DNA of 64,000 nt from a bacterium (GTDB lineage: Bacteria > Sysuimicrobiota > Sysuimicrobiia > Sysuimicrobiales > Segetimicrobiaceae), in contig DATGJN010000033.1 of assembly GCA_035295165.1 (NCBI GenBank), positions 27,959-91,958 of the forward strand. The letters are read 5' to 3'. This document shows positions 16,977 to 27,140 of this stretch, one piece after another; position 1 is the stretch's first letter, and every line of letters starts with the position of its first letter. Under the pieces are notes generated by a model that was given only the letters and a program-made list of their open reading frames with translations, had not been told where the DNA came from and did no database searches. The translations under genes and the position numbers were made by a program.

Positions 16977-18595
16977 GTGCCACCACTAGGGGCCTGGTCT
17001 CCCGTAAGGGCGAGCAGGCCTTCTAGATTTCCGGTGAGGTGCGCCACCAGCCCCGCGGGAGTTGGTTCCAACACAATGTCCCCCAGCAGGCCCCGGAGCG
17101 CCGTTCGCGCCTCGTCGATGTCGGTATGGAGGACCCGAGCCAAGTGTTCGAGCCGGCGCCGGATCGCGTCCGGTAGCTGGCGCAGCGCACGGACTTGGGC
17201 GCGGGACGGCGTGTCCAGGCGGGCCCGAAGGGTACGGACCTTGGATTCCGTCTCGTCGAGCATCTGTTTGGTCAGGTCGCTCAGGAGGCCGCGACGAATG
17301 GCCTCTCGGATATGGTCGAGTTCTGCCATCGCCTCCCGTAACTCCGACGCAAGCTGCTCTCGATCGTCGTCCGTTCGGGACCGCTCCGCTTCGACCTGCC
17401 GGAGGCCCTCGTTAACGCTCCGGGTCAGGAACGCGATGGCGTCAGGGGAGAAGAGCTCGTCGCGGATGACGCGCAGCAGACGGTCCTCCACGAGCACCCG
17501 CCGCACATGGAGCGAGTTCCCGCAGACGTCCGGGCCACGGTTCACATGATAGCTGCACCCATAACGGGCGCCGTCCCGCATGATGTAACGAGCCCCGCAG
17601 ACCCCACAGCGCAGGAGCCCGCTGAACAGGTACCGTTGAGAGATGCCCCCCGAATGCCCTTGCCGGGCGGCCCGCTCCGATGCGGCGTGCTGTCGGTCCT
17701 TCACGCGGTCCCACAGGTCTTGGGGCACGATCCGGAGCGACTCGTCGTGTTGGACGATCCATTCGGTGCGGTCGCGGACCCGCGGGACGCGCTTGCCAGT
17801 CTCGGGATTCTTCTCCCACCGAAACTTGTTCCAGACCACTTCGCCGCAGTACAACGCATTATTCAAGATCCCGGTCCCGAGTTTCGGATTGCCGTAGAGC
17901 GCGGTCCAGGTCCACCCACGCTGCCCGCGGGGCGGGGGGACGTGTTCGGCGTTGAGGGCGTGGACGATCCGCTTTGGCGTCCAGCCCGCGGCGAACTGGG
18001 CGAAGATCCGGCGCACGATCTCCGCCTGCCCCTCGTGAATCACCCGACGATATCCCACGACCCGCGGCTGCCCGTGGGCGTCGAGATGGGCCGAGTCCAG
18101 CACCGGCTCACTCGTGTACCCGTAGGAACGGCCTCCGGCCACGAACCCTCGGCGTGCCTGCCCGGCCAATCCCCGCTGCGTCCGGGCCGCGAGATCGCTC
18201 AGATACACCGAGTCCTTCCACGCGGTCACGATCGAGATGAGGGAGCCGGTCTTCTCATCGGCGAGATTCGTACCGCTCGCGACCGAGAACACGGAGACGC
18301 CGAGGAACCGCAACCGTTTCAGCGCCCGCGCGGCTTCTTCGATGTCGCGCCACAGACGAGACTGGTCCTCAACGAGGATGGCCTCGAACGCTTTCCGCCG
18401 AGCGGCGGCCAAGAGGCGTTGATAGCCGTCGCGTCGGGCCTCGCTGCCGCTGCTTTCCTGGTCAACGTAGATGTGCTCCTCCGCTACTACGCAGCCGAAC
18501 CGATCCGAGGCACTCCGACACAGTGCAATTTGGTCTTCCAAGCTCGTCTCGCGCTGCAAGGCACTCGAATAGCGCGCGTAGATGGCGGTTCTCAT
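16955..18595 (-). CDS. Large serine recombinase (integrase) of the island
   Basis: ATG at 18595 (MRTAIYARYSSALQRETSLEDQ…; alternative ATG 18622). N-terminal resolvase catalytic domain with Ser in YARYSS, recombinase domain, zinc-ribbon Cys cluster (CGVCGARY…C…C) and C-terminal coiled-coil. The 3' end (stop at 16955) overlaps the tRNA 3' end by about 22 nt. Confidence 0.85.
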
Positions 18596-18971
18596 TGGGG
18601 CAACACCGTTCGTGCGGGGCATGAAGGAGAAGATTCCTCCGAGGGCGCGATCGCCCCTTGCGACTCCGCAAGAATGTCCTTGACCATGAGCCGAGCGAGG
18701 CCTTCGAGGAAGACGCGGACCCCTGGGCGGAGTGCAACAGGCCGGGGGGATCGAGGAAGCACGCGCCGATCGGTCATGCACCGCCCCCACAGATGGTATG
18801 GGGGGGGATGCGGGCGGCCGACTCCCCTCGACACTTAGGCGGCGTCCCGATTTGAACGTAGACGCCGTGCCGCACTAATCGCACAAGACTACTTCAAGAA
18901 ATAGCGTCCTCTCCCTCTTCGGCCGTTGGTCCGAAGGACGAGTCGGGTCCCGAGCAGTTCGTCGGGATCCA

Positions 18972-19889
18972 TCAGTTGCTCGGCATCAGGATGAACTGCA
19001 TACGCGGCGCCTGCGCGGCAGTAGAGTTTCGTATCTTAACCGTGCCCCCAGTTTCCTTGAACTGAAGAGTGAGGCTATGCGAGGCGCCGTCCCCCGCGAT
19101 AGAGCCGGACAGGTTGAAAGGCTCGAAACTCTCTAGCGAGAGTCCAAGGCTAAGTTCCTGTTCGTGGATAGCAGAGCCCCCATCGGCTAACGCGACGAAT
19201 GGATTACCGCTTGCGGCGCAGTCCGTTGTGCCCCCTATGTTATACGCGAGTTTCCAGCCTGTAGGAATCGTCACCACGAACTTCAGATTCGTGGTATCCA
19301 CGTCTGCGTAGGAGCCAGACGACGTACTATAGTCTCCCGACGCTGACCCTGTCTTCGTCGTGATGCCCATCTGGGCGGTATTGGCATGGTTGAGGAGCAC
19401 GCCGGAAAGGGCGATATGCCCGCCTACGTCTATCGTGGCTGAGGCAAGAGGAGAGGCTTGAGCAACTCCGATCACTACTGGACTGGTGAGCACTCTCAGA
19501 GCTTCGAGCCAAGTGATTGCCCCTGAGGCCGGCGCCGCATACATCCACCGGAACCCCGGGAGGCTGTGCTCCTTCGTGATCGCGAGCGACCAGACAGACG
19601 TGGAATCCCGGGCCCAGACCGTTGGACTCGCCTGACTCACATAGCCATTCGCCACGAGCCACTGATCGTCCGTGAGTTGGTTGTCTCGCCAGCCAGTGGT
19701 CGGTGGACCGTTCGGTGTCGTGAATGGGCTCAGGGTGCCAAGGACGCCCCCGGACGCGCTTGGGGTACCCCCGAGAATAGCCCACTGGATCTGCGCAGCA
19801 CCCACGCCCGTCGCCAATGCGAAGTTCGAGACCGTATCAGCCGTGGTGGGGTGCTGGGTACTCCAATTCGTGAATGGGCTTGGGCACAT
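18972..19889 (-). CDS. Hypothetical Ser/Thr/Gly-rich protein (305 aa)
   Basis: ATG at 19889 with GGAGGG upstream; no recognisable domain; visibly lower GC than flanking DNA. Confidence 0.4.
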   Translation of the reverse strand: MCPSPFTNWSTQHPTTADTVSNFALATGVGAAQIQWAILGGTPSASGGVLGTLSPFTTPNGPPTTGWRDNQLTDDQWLVANGYVSQASPTVWARDSTSVWSLAITKEHSLPGFRWMYAAPASGAITWLEALRVLTSPVVIGVAQASPLASATIDVGGHIALSGVLLNHANTAQMGITTKTGSASGDYSTSSGSYADVDTTNLKFVVTIPTGWKLAYNIGGTTDCAASGNPFVALADGGSAIHEQELSLGLSLESFEPFNLSGSIAGDGASHSLTLQFKETGGTVKIRNSTAAQAPRMQFILMPSN

Positions 19890-20160
19890 GGTCCGCTACC
19901 CTCCGACACACGCGTCTCGATTCGACTTGAATCGGAGATCCGGCCCGGTGATGCGTGGCACCCCGGCTCGTACTGCGGGTGCCACCGGCGACGGCCCGAG
20001 TGTTCGTATCGACTCCCCGCCAGTCTACGGCATTCGCGACAGACGCGGAAGACGTAAGGGCCGCTCCGCGGAGGCACGTCAGCTTTTGACATGGAGAGAG
20101 TCATCGCGGTCCCCTCCTGGGCGTTTCGCCCGTATCCCATACCTAGACATGGACAATGAA

Positions 20161-20177
20161 ATGTCGGTTTCCGACAT
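20161..20177 (-). terminator. Possible hairpin terminator downstream of the ParB-like gene
   Basis: ATGTCGG-ttt-CCGACAT inverted repeat followed on the minus strand by TTCATTGT. Confidence 0.3.
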
Positions 20178-20195
20178 AAGCGCCTGTATCCCCGG

Positions 20196-21188
20196 TCATG
20201 GGAGCGCTCGATAGCGCCACGTCGGGTCGCGCCATGGAATCGGGGCTCCCTGTGCCGTCAAGAATCCCTCGACCGCCCGCAGGACCGACGCGAACACGTC
20301 CGAACACAGCCAGAGTCGGTACTCCAACGGGCACTCCGATGCCGCACCGAGCTCCGCGCAGAGCTCCGAAGCATCACCGAGTGTCTCGTGCCATTCAAGA
20401 ACCGCCAGGAGATTGCCGGCGTGCACCGCGTCTCGCGTCGGCGAAGAGCACTCGGTCGCGGGCTCATCCAACGGAGCGGGGGCGACGCGCGTCTGCGCCG
20501 CCTGGGCTGTATCGAGCGACGATGCGGGGGCGAACGCTGGATCTACCCGCCGTGCCCGCGCCAATTCATGTTCGGTTGCGAGCCCGGTGCGCACGAGATT
20601 GTCGCCCGGCCGCGGGAGGAGGTTCGGACGGACCAGGATCTCACGAGGCACGGTGCGGCCCTCGACCTCGTCAATCCAGCAGGCAATCGTGGTCCTGTGG
20701 ACGCCATAGATCTGCGCCCACTCCAGCTGGGTCCGTCCTAGCGGTTTGTAATACGGGACCCAGGCCATCTTGAAGTGGCTTCTCTTCTGCGCGAGGTCGA
20801 GGGGGAGACCGTGCCCGAGATTCGCTTCCAGCGCCCGAATGAACCTCTGGGCGGGACTGCCCTCGAAGATGGTTGCCGGGATCGTCGTCCATTTCTCTCG
20901 GTCATCGGCGATGTCGTGAGCGAACTCTTTGGATTCAAGAATCCGCTGTCGGGCCCGGTACCGGTGCCGCCCATCGAGGATTACAAACTTCGTCCTGCCG
21001 TCCTCGGCGGGAGCGAGGAGGATCGGCGGCACAGGCCGTCCGTGGAGATACGCGACGGCGAGCGCCTCGATGTGGTCGGATGACGTGGCGACGCCCCGTG
21101 GGTTCTCCGCCCCAAGTGCCGCGTCAATCTCCTCCAACGGAATCTCGACGACCCTCGGCTCGTTAGCACGTGCCGCTGCAAGCGCCAT
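20196..21188 (-). CDS. ParB-like nuclease domain protein with HTH
   Basis: ATG at 21188 with AAAAAGGAGGAAAC upstream; ParB-N motif KFVILDGRHRYRARQ; central HTH-like segment (LEWAQIYGVHRTTIACWIDE). Confidence 0.65.
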   Translation of the reverse strand: MALAAARANEPRVVEIPLEEIDAALGAENPRGVATSSDHIEALAVAYLHGRPVPPILLAPAEDGRTKFVILDGRHRYRARQRILESKEFAHDIADDREKWTTIPATIFEGSPAQRFIRALEANLGHGLPLDLAQKRSHFKMAWVPYYKPLGRTQLEWAQIYGVHRTTIACWIDEVEGRTVPREILVRPNLLPRPGDNLVRTGLATEHELARARRVDPAFAPASSLDTAQAAQTRVAPAPLDEPATECSSPTRDAVHAGNLLAVLEWHETLGDASELCAELGAASECPLEYRLWLCSDVFASVLRAVEGFLTAQGAPIPWRDPTWRYRALP

Positions 21189-22734
21189 CGTTGTTTCCTC
21201 CTTTTTTCTTATGGACTGAGTGCCCAGCAGTACGTTGGAGACCCGAATCACGATCAGGCAGAGCATGCAAAGGAACCCAGTGCTTCCCCTCGATCCGGTC
21301 CGCGCTGACCAACTTCGGCCCCCATTCGCGGGCGAGCCGCTCTGCCCGACGAAGCTGGCGTTTGAGGTCCCGTGGAGACGGGAGTCGGAAAGTGCCAGAG
21401 GGGCGTCGGCTGGTCAGGTGGGCGAAACGCCCATGAAGCCGGGTCAAATAGTCGTCACCGGAAGCGGAGGAGGGCCTATCGGCCGAGTCGGCTGCCGTAG
21501 GGGCCACTACACCTTCAGGTCTTGCTTCCCTTGTACTGAAGTAGCATTGTCTTGGATTACCTATTGGAAGGGGTGTGGGGAAACCATTCGTTCGTCGCGC
21601 GCGGGACACGCCCGGCCCTGGCATGAAAACAGCCGTCGGTCGGTGACCTAGTTGAATCGTGCCGACGATGTGAATGATGCCGAGGCGAAGCAGCTCATGC
21701 ATAGCCTCTCCGGCTTGGCGTTCCCCCATCCCGCACCACGACGCCACGAACCTCCACGAGAGCGGGATGGCCTCCCCCGGCGCGAACTGCCAGCGTACCC
21801 CGAACAGCTCCAGAATCCCCTCGTGGGCGCGCCGAGTCGAGGACCGGATACCTTCGGGAGGCGATGGGATCACTACCCCGGCGAGACGGAGCACCCCCGC
21901 GCGCACGAGGAGTCGGCGCCCCCATAGTGCCCGCTGGATCGGACTGAGGTGCCGGACCGTACCACTCACCCGTGCCGCAAAGACCTCGGCGAGCAAGAAG
22001 ATTTCTTCGCCGTCCTTGGTATGCCAATCATGATAGAAGTAGTTGCCGTTCGTTCCCGACCACACGGATGCTGAGGGGTGCCGATCCGCCCCATGGCCGG
22101 GGAGTACGCAACGAACGGACTTGCCGGACATTGCGGCGGACCGAATGCCAAGGAGCGGCAGCACCCGTGCAACGACCACGGGATCGCTGAGGTAGACACC
22201 GAGTTCCTGCTCGGTGCGCTTCATCTCATCTGTCGAGGGTTTCGATTCGTCGGGCTGATCCCGGACGAGGTCTGTGAGCCACTCGGGCATCGGCGGGAGC
22301 TGGTCCAGGACGAGCGGCGGAGACTCAGGCCGGTAGTGCCGGCCTGGCGAGTTGGGCACGATCGCCAACCGTCCAGCCCCAAGCGCGTCAAGCCCAGACT
22401 CCGCTTTCACTCCTGGCCCGGAGAGCGCCCCCGCCCAGGTGCAGTGAATCCCCCGCGGTGAGTCCAACACCGGCGTCCCGCGTGGGATGCCGTGCGCCTC
22501 GATGTGCTGCGTGCCCTCGGCGGTGTCGGCCTCGACGTGGACAGTCCCGTCGGGCAGGATGATCGCCACGCTCGTCGCCCGAGGGTGGGCAAACATTCGC
22601 GTAATCTCGTGCGGGGACTGGGCGCGCTGTTTGAAGTGCTTCCACGTCCGCACGACCGGCCGCTTCTCGGAGTCCATCGCGAGCACGCTGAATCCCGAAC
22701 GGTGCAACTCGTGGGCCTGCGCGGTGAGGTTCAC
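21163..22734 (-). CDS. Bifunctional primase-polymerase (Prim-Pol) domain replication protein
   Basis: N-terminal Prim-Pol signature (HELHRSGFSVLAMDSEKRPVVRTWKHF…VAIILPDG…HVEADT); GTG start overlapping the stop of the preceding small ORF (GTGA). Confidence 0.65.
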   Translation of the reverse strand: MNLTAQAHELHRSGFSVLAMDSEKRPVVRTWKHFKQRAQSPHEITRMFAHPRATSVAIILPDGTVHVEADTAEGTQHIEAHGIPRGTPVLDSPRGIHCTWAGALSGPGVKAESGLDALGAGRLAIVPNSPGRHYRPESPPLVLDQLPPMPEWLTDLVRDQPDESKPSTDEMKRTEQELGVYLSDPVVVARVLPLLGIRSAAMSGKSVRCVLPGHGADRHPSASVWSGTNGNYFYHDWHTKDGEEIFLLAEVFAARVSGTVRHLSPIQRALWGRRLLVRAGVLRLAGVVIPSPPEGIRSSTRRAHEGILELFGVRWQFAPGEAIPLSWRFVASWCGMGERQAGEAMHELLRLGIIHIVGTIQLGHRPTAVFMPGPGVSRARRTNGFPTPLPIGNPRQCYFSTREARPEGVVAPTAADSADRPSSASGDDYLTRLHGRFAHLTSRRPSGTFRLPSPRDLKRQLRRAERLAREWGPKLVSADRIEGKHWVPLHALPDRDSGLQRTAGHSVHKKKGGNNDGACSGTC

Positions 22735-23024
22735 TGGAGCACCCGGGGAGCCACGGTTTGCTGGTCGATCAGGCAGATGATGCGAACGAGCGCGGCTCGG
22801 ATCATAAACACCAGGTCCGCGCGCTCGACGTCGTCGAAGGATGCGGTTAGCCGATGCAGCGATGCAAGAGTGGGCTCATCGCCTCCTGCGATCGCCACGA
22901 GTCCTCGGAGCGTATCTGCCGCAGACGGGCGTTGCAGAAGAGACGACACTGAGTTGTCCGGATGATCGGGGGGCGTTGCTCCGTTGCCCTCTTGCGGAAT
23001 CTTGAGCTGTCGTCGTACACTCAA
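22731..23024 (-). CDS. Small hypothetical protein translationally coupled to Prim-Pol (start uncertain, TTG)
   Basis: Stop overlaps Prim-Pol GTG start in GTGA; no ATG start. Confidence 0.3.
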   Translation of the reverse strand: MSVRRQLKIPQEGNGATPPDHPDNSVSSLLQRPSAADTLRGLVAIAGGDEPTLASLHRLTASFDDVERADLVFMIRAALVRIICLIDQQTVAPRVLQ

Positions 23025-23119
23025 CGTAATCAGCCTCCTTGGTCGGGGGTGCTGGGGTTTGCATGAGCTGAGCGGCTGCCTTCAATCGCTGGGGACGGCC
23101 GCTCAACTTTTGTATCAGG

Positions 23120-23410
23120 TCATCGAGCCGCTGCCGCTACCTCCTTGCCCGCCATCCGTGCTCGCGCGGCCCGAGGATTCCGTCGGTGCTCCCGAAGAAA
23201 GCGCTCGACGTCCTCTTCGCGGAAGTACCGAACCCCACCGGGCCCTCTAAACGCAACCTGAAGCCGTCCGGTTGTGATGTGGTCCATCAACGTGCTGTGC
23301 GATAGTTGCGCCCGTCGCATGACCACTCCGGTTGTCACGACGCCGTCGAGCGGGTTAGTCGTGTTTTCGCCCATTCGGTGCACCTCCACCCGAATATCCT
23401 TCACTCTCAA
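23120..23410 (-). CDS. Excisionase/Xis-like MerR-superfamily HTH DNA-binding protein
   Basis: MRRAQLSHSTLMDHITTGRLQVAFRGPGGVRYFREEDVERFL matches the excisionase-family HTH pattern; the functional start may be the internal Met (MRRAQL). Confidence 0.6.
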   Translation of the reverse strand: MRVKDIRVEVHRMGENTTNPLDGVVTTGVVMRRAQLSHSTLMDHITTGRLQVAFRGPGGVRYFREEDVERFLREHRRNPRAARARMAGKEVAAAAR

Positions 23411-23856
23411 TCGTACAAGGTGAGTCTTGAATTACCAGACTGACAGTAAGGCCCTTACGGGGTCCCCGGAACGGTCCGATCTGACGACGATCATCTTGAT
23501 AGACAGGGATCCGCAGTGCTGGGGACGGGGCAGGGGATTCTACGCAGGCATCGGGCATTCGCCCGGAACGGCGTTCGAAGACGGTGGGGGCTTGTGTGCG
23601 AGCGCGTTCGGACGTAGTCTGGGGCCGACTAGAACCCTTCGCCTCCTCGGGGGCCTCTGGTCTCTCAAGCGGGTCACCCCGGCGATGGGTGGCCCGTCCC
23701 ACGTCTGGGGCAGGTCACCGTGCTGCAACCGCCCCCTCCTTGCTATCCGCCTGTGTCCGCGCGCGCCGCGGGTTTCGCCCTCCATCCGGCCCGAGGGAGG
23801 TCCGCCAGACATGGCGAACGGGCATGATCTGACTGGTAGCGTTGGGGGGGATGATG

Positions 23857-24762
23857 ATGAGACTGATGCTGGCGGTCATAAGCGCCGCAGCGCTCATCGC
23901 CCGAATCCTGAATCCCGTGACCATGTGCTACGTGCTGGGCCCCCGAGGCGGATTGTACCCAGGACCAATGCGCCTCTGGCCTTGGGATCCTGCTTGTGCT
24001 CCCCAGTGGACGGTCAGCGTGTGGATGACCCTGTTGCAAATAGCCGTCTTGGGAGTGGTGTTGGCGTGGGCGGCGCGGGGTGTGCGAGTCCCCCATCTGT
24101 CCGTTTCCTGGCGGCAACACTCGCGGCGGTTGATCTTCTTAGCCGTGCTTGTGTGTGCCGCCCTCTTAGTTTGGGATTGGGTATCTGCAAATAGCATCAC
24201 GCAGCAGGAGAATCAAGAACGCACCCGTGCAGCGCAAGATCGCTATGCCCACACGATCGTCGAGGGCGAACACCTGGGGCCCGTCGCGATTGGGATGACG
24301 CTTGATGCCGTGAAAAACGTGATGACGCACCCGTTCGACGGCGCAGTAAAGAACAAGGATGGATCCATTGAGTATCAGTGGTGGGATGATGCCGGCCGAT
24401 GGAGGATTGGCTTTGAAGCGCGCACTCGCGGGGTAGTGTATGCGAGGTACTTTGCCACCCATGTACCGATCGCACAGTGGGCGGTAGCGACGTCCAGAGG
24501 TCTTCGATACGGGCAGGATCTAGGAACGGTGAAAGCCATCTATGATGCCCCGTGGACGAAGTACTGCGACGAGAGCTTTTTCGATTTGTATTACCCGAGT
24601 CTGAGAACCGCGTTTGCGGTGGAGGCTGATGAAAACACCTCCTGGAATTGCACTCTTGACAAAGAGACCGCGAAGGCCGGTTGGGAGATTGACAATCCAG
24701 GGGAACTCGTGGAGATTGCCATCTATGCACCTGGCTACCGCCCGTTGTGGGTCAAGAAGTGA
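23857..24762 (+). CDS. Membrane protein (3 predicted TM helices plus about 170-aa soluble C-terminal domain), unknown function
   Basis: Three consecutive ATGs (23851/54/57) after GGGGGGG; TM segments MRLMLAVISAAALIARIL, LLQIAVLGVVLAWAA, LIFLAVLVCAALLVW; lower-GC region. Confidence 0.5.
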   Translation: MRLMLAVISAAALIARILNPVTMCYVLGPRGGLYPGPMRLWPWDPACAPQWTVSVWMTLLQIAVLGVVLAWAARGVRVPHLSVSWRQHSRRLIFLAVLVCAALLVWDWVSANSITQQENQERTRAAQDRYAHTIVEGEHLGPVAIGMTLDAVKNVMTHPFDGAVKNKDGSIEYQWWDDAGRWRIGFEARTRGVVYARYFATHVPIAQWAVATSRGLRYGQDLGTVKAIYDAPWTKYCDESFFDLYYPSLRTAFAVEADENTSWNCTLDKETAKAGWEIDNPGELVEIAIYAPGYRPLWVKK

Positions 24763-24811
24763 CGACCCCCTCGAGACGATCACGCCGGCGTGTCGGTGAG
24801 GGCATGCGACT

Positions 24812-25957
24812 ATGCCGAGTATGAAACGAAACGATGCAACGAAGCGCAGAGATCACTCTGAGACTCGACCCCAACCCGGCCTCTCAGCTGAAAGGCACCA
24901 AGATATTGAGAACAAAAGTTATCGCTTGTTCGCCAGCCATCCAGAGAAGGCCAATTTTGAGATAGCGCAGACCCTGGCTGCCCTGGCAAATCGGAACGGT
25001 GGCACACTGACGATCGGTGCCGGCAACGATGCGAAGATGGATACCATCCCCGGAAACAATCTTGATCCCCTTCAGCAACGCTTGGCGAATCTCGCACAGA
25101 ATAGGTGCGTACCTCCGGTAAACATAAGCACCGCGGCGCACAGAGTGGGGAAGGATCGTTTTCACCTTGAGATACGAATATCTCGAGGGACGGATCTGGT
25201 AACGGTGGACGGACGGTACTTCACCCGAAGCGGAACGACAACTCGCGAAATGTCGCCCTCGCAAGTAACAGCAATAATCCTAGAACGTTTTTGCCCGAAA
25301 AGCAGACGACGGAGTCCCGATGAGTTTCAGAATCTAAGCCTGGCCGAACGAAAGGAGGCTGTACTTTCACAGGCGGAGTCCATCCTTAAGGGCGACAAGT
25401 TCTCGATACTTCGATCACACGCCGACGCCAGGTATGTCTCGACAGTGATTGCCTATGGACACAACCCCCCTTTGCCGGTCGTCGTGACCTCGCATCCGAC
25501 AGCGTTTCACATGGCGGACTGGATTAATGTGATCTGGAATGCATTCAGTGAAGCATCGCTCCCCCGTGACGACGAAAAATCCGATGCGAGTCAGTTCCCT
25601 GATCCATGGGTTGCCATTGTGTTCGTAGCCGGGCCCGTCTCGTCGGTAGTCACTGATCCTGCCCGCAATCGCCATTTTGAGACCCGGCAAAACTTGGGAT
25701 CGGTGGTTTATCTGGGACCTGATGTCGTAGACGTTTCGATGACAAGACTGCACAGTGACAATACGTCCATCTTCCGGAGTGAAGTCATTTTTCTGGTAGC
25801 CCATGCCACCACCCGAGACAGGATTCGTACTGGCTTGACTGAAAGCCTTGAGTTTTGCCGCACGCATCTTTCGGGATGGCTTCGCTTCCGCCTACAGAGG
25901 GAGAAAAGAAGGCATCAGGAAGGAAAAGTAGGACGTACATATCGCGCCAGCTGGTAG
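24812..25957 (+). CDS. AlbA_2 (Schlafen-like 'divergent AAA') domain protein with uncharacterised C-terminal domain
   Basis: ATG at 24812 (GAGGG 10 nt upstream), 50 nt after the membrane-protein gene; N-terminal motif RLFASHPEKANFEIAQTLAALANRNGGTLTIGAGN typical of AlbA_2/PF04326. Confidence 0.6.
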   Translation: MPSMKRNDATKRRDHSETRPQPGLSAERHQDIENKSYRLFASHPEKANFEIAQTLAALANRNGGTLTIGAGNDAKMDTIPGNNLDPLQQRLANLAQNRCVPPVNISTAAHRVGKDRFHLEIRISRGTDLVTVDGRYFTRSGTTTREMSPSQVTAIILERFCPKSRRRSPDEFQNLSLAERKEAVLSQAESILKGDKFSILRSHADARYVSTVIAYGHNPPLPVVVTSHPTAFHMADWINVIWNAFSEASLPRDDEKSDASQFPDPWVAIVFVAGPVSSVVTDPARNRHFETRQNLGSVVYLGPDVVDVSMTRLHSDNTSIFRSEVIFLVAHATTRDRIRTGLTESLEFCRTHLSGWLRFRLQREKRRHQEGKVGRTYRASW

Positions 25958-26057
25958 GAAACTCAATCCTCACGGCCCATCGCAATGCACTGATCGTCGT
26001 ACTTTCTCGCGTTATGCAGACACGTCAATCCGGCGCGCCATTCGCCGGCGTCGAGAG

Positions 26058-26163
26058 ATTACTTCGCCATGCGGATCGAGACGTCGCGGAGATGGTGCAG
26101 CGTGGCGACCAGCTGGGCGCGGGCCTGTTCGGATGTGACCTTGCGAAAGCCTTTGCGGGTCAT
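26058..26163 (-). pseudogene. Truncated paralogue (35 codons) of the gene at 30613..30903
   Basis: Encodes MTRKGFRKVTSEQARAQLVATLHHLRDVSIRMAK*; compare MRRKGFHRVTPEQARQQAIATLKYLRDECVRMAKDS… (about 20/34 identical). Nucleotide similarity extends over about 90 bp. Confidence 0.4.
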
Positions 26164-26237
26164 GCAAGGGGCGTTCTCTCTGTTCGGCGAACCCCTCCTG
26201 CCGAACGCGGCAGTCATGTACCATTGTCGAGGATGGA

Positions 26238-26759
26238 ATGATGGCTACCCTCTCGAGGCGTAAACTCGGAGAAACCCGCTATTTTTGGGGACTAATGGAA
26301 CTTGAGAGGCAAAAAGCACTCCAGGCAAATTGGGATCATTTTGCTTATCTCCTCAGCGCGTTTCTTTCGGCGGGCAGAAGCGTGACGTTCGCTGTGCAGA
26401 ACGAGGATCCAGATCGCTACGCTGCGCTATGGACGCCGTGGCTTGCGGCACAGTCCGCCGAGGATCAGGCGCTGTTCAAGTTTATGAATCGGCAACGCAG
26501 GGAGGAGGTCCACGTAGCAGGTGCCGCTTTCTCACGCGAAACAGGCACTATTCCGGTTGCAGACGTATTCATCGCCGGCGCTACAGCGTCCGGCGCGGCG
26601 CGGCCACCCTTCGGCTACGTGGATGACTATCCAGTCACCATCGAAATCGGCACGATCAAACCGCAATTCGAAATTGCAGGCAGGACCGTGGACGCGGTCC
26701 CAGCGTGTCGTAGGTACGTTGACCTGCTGGCTGAATTTCTCGATAGGTTCGAACGCTGA
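26238..26759 (+). CDS. Hypothetical protein (173 aa)
   Basis: ATG start; no recognisable domain; lower-GC cargo region. Confidence 0.4.
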   Translation: MMATLSRRKLGETRYFWGLMELERQKALQANWDHFAYLLSAFLSAGRSVTFAVQNEDPDRYAALWTPWLAAQSAEDQALFKFMNRQRREEVHVAGAAFSRETGTIPVADVFIAGATASGAARPPFGYVDDYPVTIEIGTIKPQFEIAGRTVDAVPACRRYVDLLAEFLDRFER

Positions 26760-26849
26760 CCATGTACGCCGTAGACGCCTCTCTGCGCTCTTACGACGCA
26801 AGCGAATGCACGAGAGGAGAACACGGTCACGTGGTGCGAGTTAGGTCTC

Positions 26850-27140
26850 GTGGACGTATCCGGGATCCGATGGACAGCCACGGTCAAGACCGCGCTCTCC
26901 CATCTGAGCCTTGAGAGGCCCGGGCTGGCGCGGTTCCCGAAGCCGTTTCAGCCCATGCTGGTCGAGCCGGGCAAAGCGGCGTTCGACCATCCCGAGTGGA
27001 TCTATGAACCGAAGTGGGTACGGCATCCGCATCCTCGCGTACGTCGAGGGCCATCGGGTTCCCGTCGGTACGAGCGATAGCGTAGGGCTGCTTTTGCTTC
27101 GAGCTTGCGACCTCTTGCCACTCGCAGAAGATATCGGCTG
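26850..27140 (+). pseudogene. Frameshifted N-terminal fragment of an ATP-dependent DNA ligase (LigD ligase-domain-like)
   Basis: Frame 1 encodes …FQPMLVEPGKAAFDHPEWIYEPKW, then a 1-nt insertion (tgggTacggc) moves the expected KWDGIRILAYVEGHRV (adenylation-lysine motif) into another frame (26911..27141), which terminates about 40 codons later. Confidence 0.5.

Noticed and set aside
17507-18838. 443-aa plus-strand ORF covering the island integrase region
   Set aside because: Entirely antisense to the well-supported serine recombinase gene; Pro/Arg/Gly-rich composition typical of GC-rich antisense frames; no domain.
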